Assembly: GCA_030431555.1 (NCBI GenBank)
Contig: JAUIIP010000003.1
Location: 1 to 42,965, forward strand
Direction: 5' to 3'
DNA: 42,965 bases
From: a bacterium
GTDB taxonomy: Bacteria > Bdellovibrionota_C > UBA2361 > SZUA-149 > JAGRAN01
Under the pieces are notes generated by a model that was not told the origin of the DNA, searched no databases, and saw nothing but the letters and a program-made list of their open reading frames with translations. Positions 38,401-42,965 of this stretch are shown here, in pieces. Within the stretch, counting starts at the first letter, position 1. Every line of letters begins with the position of its first letter. The translations under genes were made by a program, and so were the position numbers.

Positions 38401-39012
38401 CACCGCGCCGGAAGACGCAAAGTGCACCTTCAACTTCGTCAGGCCGACAGCCAGAGAACTGATGTCGATTGTCTGAACTGAGTTGTCACCCAGCTCTGGA
38501 ATTGGAATATTGAAAACTTGGCTGGAGCCGATGTAGCCGCGAATGGTTCCTGTCTGCGGCCCTTCCATGTCGATGATAGTAACTTCTGATACGTCTGTCG
38601 GCTCGTCGAAGTGGAAATAGATTCGCCCGCCGCCCGCTTCGTCGTCCGGGTCATCGACCAGCCCGTCTGCCGGGTTGTTATCTACAACGTCTTCAGCAAC
38701 GATGAGAATGTTGCCGAGCGGCGTATTATTGCCGTAGCCATAGCCCGGCGTGGCTAAGTCCGGGTCACCGCCCGTGGGGTGAGCGCTGTCGAAGATGATT
38801 GCCTGGTTCGGACCACCACCGGTGTTGACGGTGCTGACGGTAAATCCGTCCGATGCTGAAAACTGATTGTTTATTTTTGTTCCGGCAGGATATCCGGAAA
38901 AGTCTACAGTCTCGCAATCAGATACTATCGCGTGCGCTGCACTTCCTCCGAAACCAACTACACTTATGAAAACCAAAGTAAGAAATCTAAAAAACAGGCG
39001 GGTCATCATCAA
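35485..39012 (-). CDS. Large secreted or surface protein with four carboxypeptidase-regulatory-like (prealbumin fold) repeats and acidic Ca-binding-like motifs
   Basis: Signal peptide ending AHA, four 94-aa repeats, a DCDGDGIPDEVE..GTDP motif and a beta-rich C-terminal region. Confidence 0.8.
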   Translation of the reverse strand: MMMTRLFFRFLTLVFISVVGFGGSAAHAIVSDCETVDFSGYPAGTKINNQFSASDGFTVSTVNTGGGPNQAIIFDSAHPTGGDPDLATPGYGYGNNTPLGNILIVAEDVVDNNPADGLVDDPDDEAGGGRIYFHFDEPTDVSEVTIIDMEGPQTGTIRGYIGSSQVFNIPIPELGDNSVQTIDISSLAVGLTKLKVHFASSGAVDNLVYCREPDTYSISGRALFEGSGEPVSGVTISGSLGSTSTNGSGEYSFNDVANGSYTLNANKPGYIVISDPNPIVVSGGNAENQNFILACAEGYIEKDGECLPAFTISGRALMASGNYPVAGVAISGSIGSATTASNGSYSFNNILNGTYSLSASKPGYIVISDPNPIVVDGANAENQNFLLACAAGYVQRKAECLPVYTISGSALMSGSSQPVAGVTISGSIGTTTTAANGTYSYGGVPNGSYTLSASKPGYVVVSDPNPIVVAGANQENQNFLLACASGYAFIGGECVAVFSISGITTVDETGSPLEGVVISSSVGSTATNGAGQYTLNSVPSGTYTLTASKEGFEVISDPNPVVVAGANAVNQNFVLKCVSAICSLGNPDIEIDASDGTFDDFVRLEWTTEACAVSYQLYRVETGGSVFTSPLDIAGPIPTTGQATMTFDDVSAVPNVIYDYGVIGLDAGGDECTRSNVDQGHRAGEINDCDGDGIPDEVELEEGTDPCDPGSFQPDLQSPAFAKWNTYLSQVNYLELTADGTEGVSALVTVFDINGNVTNTQQVVLDAGQEFHVDINPLAVNKDTYGIVRIDWTALDGEDRKTASLAGRMTNYRPDPDGLNFSFVMAKQLRNAVKGKTFAMGNSFDPQGMGYLVPNWTEIINLDPVERIFQYNLYNQAGEKIATYWMPVPPMGERDLNAGHENGQGVYLAEVIPYEGDTNYTMTVSRYSSNHAGGSEALTYNYAFAAPGIRGTAAKQFATITNASEGCNTPVNWVEVANTLDESVIATATFRNSAGLEVGSSSVALAAKEQFHFNASAMLLSGESGTVELRANKSGALIMQSVAYYHDCSNNLTQTAVASHGAIAGRARQAGTYNRYIDIENKLNVFNVSSTDVNIDVKVYENGNLLSSVSDTLSGLTREAYDLNDEGVFQTSADSYGIVTVETPGEQQAVTEVRRTRRDPTDPSKLDFIISTRLN
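37282..38370 (-). repeat. Four tandem 282-nt (94-aa) intragenic repeats, the last lacking the linker
   Basis: Unit starts at 38370, 38088, 37806 and 37524 (exact 282-nt period). Consensus ISG...PV.GV.IS...T...G.Y....V..G.YTL.A.K.GY.V.SDPNP.VV.G.N..NQNF.L.C. Confidence 0.9.
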
Positions 39013-39224
39013 CTCTCATCTCTATTAACACCACGCTCAGCACCAGAATGACCCCGCAGGCCGCTCCTACACTGAGCAATCTCTAGTCGAGTAAGAAGGC
39101 AGAGCTGCTTCACGAAAAATTTGCACTATTTTAGGGCGCTTATTCTAGCTAAGTGCCCACAGATCCGAACAGATTCGATCAGGCTTAGGAGCGCCGTTTG
39201 TATACAAATCGGCCGGGTTCTGCC

Positions 39225-39776
39225 TCAGCGAGCAGGACGGCATTTGTTGTTCCGGCACGCACAGTCGAACTGCTTGCCCGGAGAAAGGATGCAATGGGTA
39301 GTGCAGTCTGCAACTTCGCGCCAGGCAAGCGGCTGACAGCTGCCGCAGCAGTAATAGCATTCTGCGTCAGTTCTGCAGTCGACTGCCTTCTCTTTCAAGT
39401 AGCACCGGTTGTTCTTACAGCCGCAAATCTGATTAAACGGCTTTTCACATTCTTCGTAGTATTCGTAGTCGATAGTTGGCTCTTGCTTGAGTGCCGCTCT
39501 TTCAGCTTCAGTGAATTTCGAAATGTCCGGCTTGCACGACTTCAGTCCGCAAGGCATGCAATCCGAGTCCTGATTGCAGTCGTAGTCGTAAAGCGGAATC
39601 TTCCGGCTGCAAACACCGCTGCCTGGACACTTCGACTGCTGCTCCTTCCAGGTGCCGCCAATCGCCTCACATATATCCGAGTAATCAGGCGGACACGGAG
39701 GAGTCGCCAAGGCGAAAGGGGCTGGAAAAACAGAGCTCAGCAATACAGCGCAAACCAACAATCGCTTTATTCGCAT
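39225..39776 (-). CDS. Secreted cysteine-rich protein
   Basis: Signal peptide MRIKRLL...ALA and 22 Cys in the mature part. Start taken at the second Met. Confidence 0.75.
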   Translation of the reverse strand: MRIKRLLVCAVLLSSVFPAPFALATPPCPPDYSDICEAIGGTWKEQQSKCPGSGVCSRKIPLYDYDCNQDSDCMPCGLKSCKPDISKFTEAERAALKQEPTIDYEYYEECEKPFNQICGCKNNRCYLKEKAVDCRTDAECYYCCGSCQPLAWREVADCTTHCILSPGKQFDCACRNNKCRPAR

Positions 39777-39800
39777 CGTGCTGCAAAGCCTCACACAGAA

Positions 39801-40393
39801 CTACTCGGTCGGAATCGGCCTAGCAGAATTTAATACTACGTCGATTTTCTGCTGAGATTTGCTGCCGTGCTTAGGGAAATAAATCCCCTGAACGTGGAGA
39901 AAGTGCTTCCCGTCAGTCAACACATAGTAGTCGCTGTACTGCTCAAAGCCGCGGCCCTTAAACATGTTCATATGTATTTGCTGAGTGGCGCCGCTTAAAT
40001 GCTTAAGCACTACACTAGTCACATCCGAAACCGCCAGCAGACCGCCCTGTTGTTTGAGCTTGTTGCGGTGCGACATAATAATCCCGCCGAGTGCTCCGAT
40101 CGCAAGCTGCGTCGGGTTTTGCTTGGGGTTTTCAACGCGAACTTTATTTAGGGCCAGCATCTCAACAACAGTAATCTGCACACTCTCCGGAACCTCACCT
40201 TCTTCAGGCTTGGGACCCAAATAACGCAGCAAGTGAATTACTCCCTGCGATGAGTCTTTTGTTTCGTGCACGAACTCTTTGCCGAACTCGAAGACAAAAT
40301 GCTCAGTCTTAGCTTCAAGAGCGACCACTTCGTCTTCGGCCATCGCTGGAACAGTAAACAGCGCGATATTCAGTAAAAAAGATAAGCTCGCAT
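39801..40393 (-). pseudogene. Secreted hypothetical protein with a 1-nt frameshift in its signal peptide (or a sequencing error)
   Basis: GAGGA RBS and ATG at 40393. One extra T in the T6 tract (40375-40380) gives MRAYLFLLNIALFTVPAMA fused to ORF 39801..40343. Confidence 0.6.
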
Positions 40394-40476
40394 TAAAAGT
40401 CCTCGGATTATGCGGATAAAAAGATGTGATTCGATGATACTCCGGGAATCTTCACCGAAGCAAGGCACAGAGAAAG

Positions 40477-40941
40477 TCAGCGCATTTCGTCTGCTATTGC
40501 ATCCTGCACGCCGGGTTTTTGCATGCAGAGCAGCTCATACATGTAGTCAATTTCATTTAGACTCATGTTTGCGGTGTAGATTGTTACGCTAAGGACTAAA
40601 TCGTAATTTACGAGAGAGAGTTTCGCGCCTATCAGCGTATCAGCCACAGCTAATGCCGCGGCTAAACACTTCTGACTGTCCTTCAAGGGAACCGTCAGCA
40701 CATTTACCCCCATATACAGCGTAGTCTCAGCCGGGCGATTTAGTCCCTCAAGGCTGACTTCAAGTTCTTCGTCGCCGTTTAAGGGAACTGACCAGCTGGC
40801 AATGTCGCCCGTTCGCTGCTGCAGACACTCGGCGGGATCGAAGCCGCGGCGCACCATAAACTCCTCGACGAGTCTAAGCGGTTGCTTCCCTCCGGTAATC
40901 TTGCGAATCCGGTTTGCAGGCATTCTGCGAACTTTTGCCAT
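40477..40941 (-). CDS. YbjN/CesT-like (type III chaperone fold) protein
   Basis: About 150 aa with an alpha-beta3-alpha-beta2-alpha pattern and an amphipathic C-terminal helix. The fold call is by eye only. Confidence 0.5.
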   Translation of the reverse strand: MAKVRRMPANRIRKITGGKQPLRLVEEFMVRRGFDPAECLQQRTGDIASWSVPLNGDEELEVSLEGLNRPAETTLYMGVNVLTVPLKDSQKCLAAALAVADTLIGAKLSLVNYDLVLSVTIYTANMSLNEIDYMYELLCMQKPGVQDAIADEMR

Positions 40942-41053
40942 ATAGTGGTCTCTCGAAAATATGTTCCTACTATCAAGATGCCGCTTCGACCCAGCAGAGT
41001 GCGCGAAAATCTGAGGCGAGGCAAGCTACTGTAATTTAAGCACTAATACTCGA

Positions 41054-42277
41054 TCAGGCAAATTTACTATCAATAAACGCGGATAATTCAGCACCCCAGC
41101 TAAACATCAACTGCCGAGCCCGATAGCGGCTGAGCTGGCGCACCTTCTCGCGCTCAGCCTTAGAGTCAGCAATTGACTCGATTCTAGCGGCGAGGCGGCC
41201 GACATGCCCGGCATCAAATAGCAGCTCGTCATACTCCAAAATTTCTCTCATCTCAGGCGTATCTGCTGCCAGAACCGGCACGCCCGCACCAAGTGCCTCG
41301 AGCATCGAGTTTGAAATTCCATCGTATTTAGACGGCAAAACATACAGATCGCAGCCTGCAAGAATGTCGGCGAAGTTCGGCAGCCAACCCTCGATCACGA
41401 CTCGCTCGCCGAGACCGAATCCGGCAGCGACGGTTTTTAAGCGGCTGGCCTCCTGACCAAGCCCCGAAATGATAACAACTGCACGCTCGCTCTCGATTGC
41501 ATTCATTGCGCGAAGAATAAGTTCGGCATTCTTGCGGTCTGTCAGCTCACCGCTTACCAGCATAACAAGCGAGCGCTCCGAGAAATCGAAAATTCTGCAC
41601 ACGCTGCTTTTTCTCGCCGAGAAACCTTCAAGCCACTGCTTCAGCACCTGCGGTTCTTCAGTATGCTGTTTCATGGCTTGCTCGTAAGTGATCTTCGGCT
41701 GTTCGCCCTCGAGTGACTGCGGCAGCACCACCGGCACCCTGAGCAAGCGCAGACGGCTGCGCAGAATTCGCGACCGAGCAAACAGTGACTCTTTAACGCT
41801 CCGGCTGAACACAACTACCCGCGACGCCAGAGCTAGCCCGGCCCAAGCTGCGTAGTAGCGCACTCGTCCTGCAACTGCCGAGCGATAAAGCGGATCAGCT
41901 CGATTGGGAATTGTGCGTTGAAACACAATCGTAGGCACAAGCAGCAGGACTGTCACCAAGCGTGTTACCAGGCAGTAGTATGGAGAAAATAAAATTAGTG
42001 CCTGAAATCTACGACGCAGCAAGACACCGAGCAGGATCAGCGGCGCAATAACTGTGAACCACGTCCAAAACAAAAAGCCGCGCCGAGCTTTGAGTGGGAT
42101 CGGTATTTCATGTCTAAACAAACGCGGGTGATCGTCAAGACGAAGTGGGTCGACCGAGAGGTAGTGCACTTCGAATCCTTCATCGAGCAGGCCCTGGACG
42201 GTTAAGTACATCCGTTTGCACACACCGCCGGGTCGATGCCGATACTGAATGCTGACTACTCGCTTCGTCTTAGCCAC
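41054..42277 (-). CDS. Glycosyltransferase family 4 (GT-B)
   Basis: PGG near the N-terminus, GEL..RKN and DLYVLPS..DG....LEALG.GVPV motifs. Start uncertain (GTG 42277 or TTG 42298). Confidence 0.85.
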   Translation of the reverse strand: MAKTKRVVSIQYRHRPGGVCKRMYLTVQGLLDEGFEVHYLSVDPLRLDDHPRLFRHEIPIPLKARRGFLFWTWFTVIAPLILLGVLLRRRFQALILFSPYYCLVTRLVTVLLLVPTIVFQRTIPNRADPLYRSAVAGRVRYYAAWAGLALASRVVVFSRSVKESLFARSRILRSRLRLLRVPVVLPQSLEGEQPKITYEQAMKQHTEEPQVLKQWLEGFSARKSSVCRIFDFSERSLVMLVSGELTDRKNAELILRAMNAIESERAVVIISGLGQEASRLKTVAAGFGLGERVVIEGWLPNFADILAGCDLYVLPSKYDGISNSMLEALGAGVPVLAADTPEMREILEYDELLFDAGHVGRLAARIESIADSKAEREKVRQLSRYRARQLMFSWGAELSAFIDSKFA

Positions 42278-42435
42278 TTTCAATCCGCCGGGCGGCAAGT
42301 AATGCTAGTGCGCAAGAATTAACCGCCTCACTCTTGCGGTTATATAATTATGCTAGCGCCGTCGCAAGAATCATTAGATATTTCTGCTACGCAAAAAGTT
42401 TACACCTACTTGGTCGAACAACGAATCTTAATCTC

Positions 42436-42965
42436 GTGGACGCAACACTAGCAATTCTTATCTTTTTATTCGTTATTGGGCTGAACATAGGCAGCTTTCT
42501 CAACGTATGCATTTACCGTGTGCCGCTGAAGATGTCGGTCACGCGGCCGCTGCGCTCAATTTGTCCGAACTGTGAACGACAGCTGACATGGTACGAGAAC
42601 ATCCCGGTAGTAGCCTGGGTGGTTCTGGGAGCTAAATGCCGAACCTGCAAAAACCCGATTTCCGGTCAGTATCCACTGGTGGAAATCCTTTCCGGTTTCG
42701 CGATGGTAGCCAGTTTCCTGTTCACGGCAGACATACCGACCGCAATTTTGGTTTTCGCTCTCACGGCTACACTGATCGTAATTACTTTTATCGATCTCGA
42801 GTACAAGATCATACCCAACCGAATCAGCTACCCCGGAATCATTATCGGTCTTTGTGTTGGTGTGGTTCAACAGTTCTATCCGATCTTCACCTATCCGATT
42901 ACGACTGACCTTCTCGATTCGGTTTACGGCTTCCTTCTCGGCGGTGGATTCTTCTATGTGATTGG
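42436..42965 (+). CDS. pilD: Prepilin peptidase A24 (truncated by window end; absent from the ORF track)
   Basis: Read by hand from GTG 42436: ...IGSFLNVCIYRVP...RSICPNC...LTWYENIP...AKCRTCKNPISGQYPLVE...FID...IIPN. Confidence 0.93.
   Translation, partial: MDATLAILIFLFVIGLNIGSFLNVCIYRVPLKMSVTRPLRSICPNCERQLTWYENIPVVAWVVLGAKCRTCKNPISGQYPLVEILSGFAMVASFLFTADIPTAILVFALTATLIVITFIDLEYKIIPNRISYPGIIIGLCVGVVQQFYPIFTYPITTDLLDSVYGFLLGGGFFYVI

Noticed and set aside
39198-39833. 211-aa plus-strand ORF
   Set aside because: It is antisense to the Cys-rich gene, which has a signal peptide and patterned cysteines.
440-41687. Numerous short overlapping or antisense ORFs in the track (e.g. 440..916, 14278..14883, 21872..22408, 24514..25092, 28774..29358, 36862..37455)
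   Set aside because: They lie within well-supported genes on another frame or strand and show no recognisable motifs.
42556-42908. ORF-track entries 42556..42870(-) and 42636..42908(+)
   Set aside because: They are shadows of the pilD reading frame that starts at 42436.

Overview
Gene-dense bacterial chromosomal segment of moderate GC. The gene content (CpaB, a PilB/GspE ATPase, PilD, a Hanks kinase, Cys-rich secreted proteins) suggests a deltaproteobacteria-like host such as a Bdellovibrionota or Myxococcota relative; this is inference. Housekeeping genes are sdhA(3' end)/sdhB, an M32 carboxypeptidase, suhB, recJ, lepB-ygfZ-hemW, rlmE-mlaEFDC, pcrA/uvrD and pilD (5' part). They alternate with accessory envelope genes: a GT-C glycosyltransferase, a Ser/Thr kinase with a polytopic membrane tail, two tandem 310-aa CpaB paralogs, a membrane-anchored GH99-like hydrolase and a cluster of secreted proteins including a 1175-aa repeat protein. 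The best candidates for new biology are: (1) a VWA - PspA/IM30 - membrane protein operon divergent from an OmpR-family two-component pair, with 11-bp-periodic boxes between them; (2) a recurring sigma28/FliA-like promoter before non-flagellar genes; (3) a secreted-protein gene whose signal peptide is out of frame by one base in a T6 tract. No rRNA, tRNA, CRISPR array or transposase was seen.
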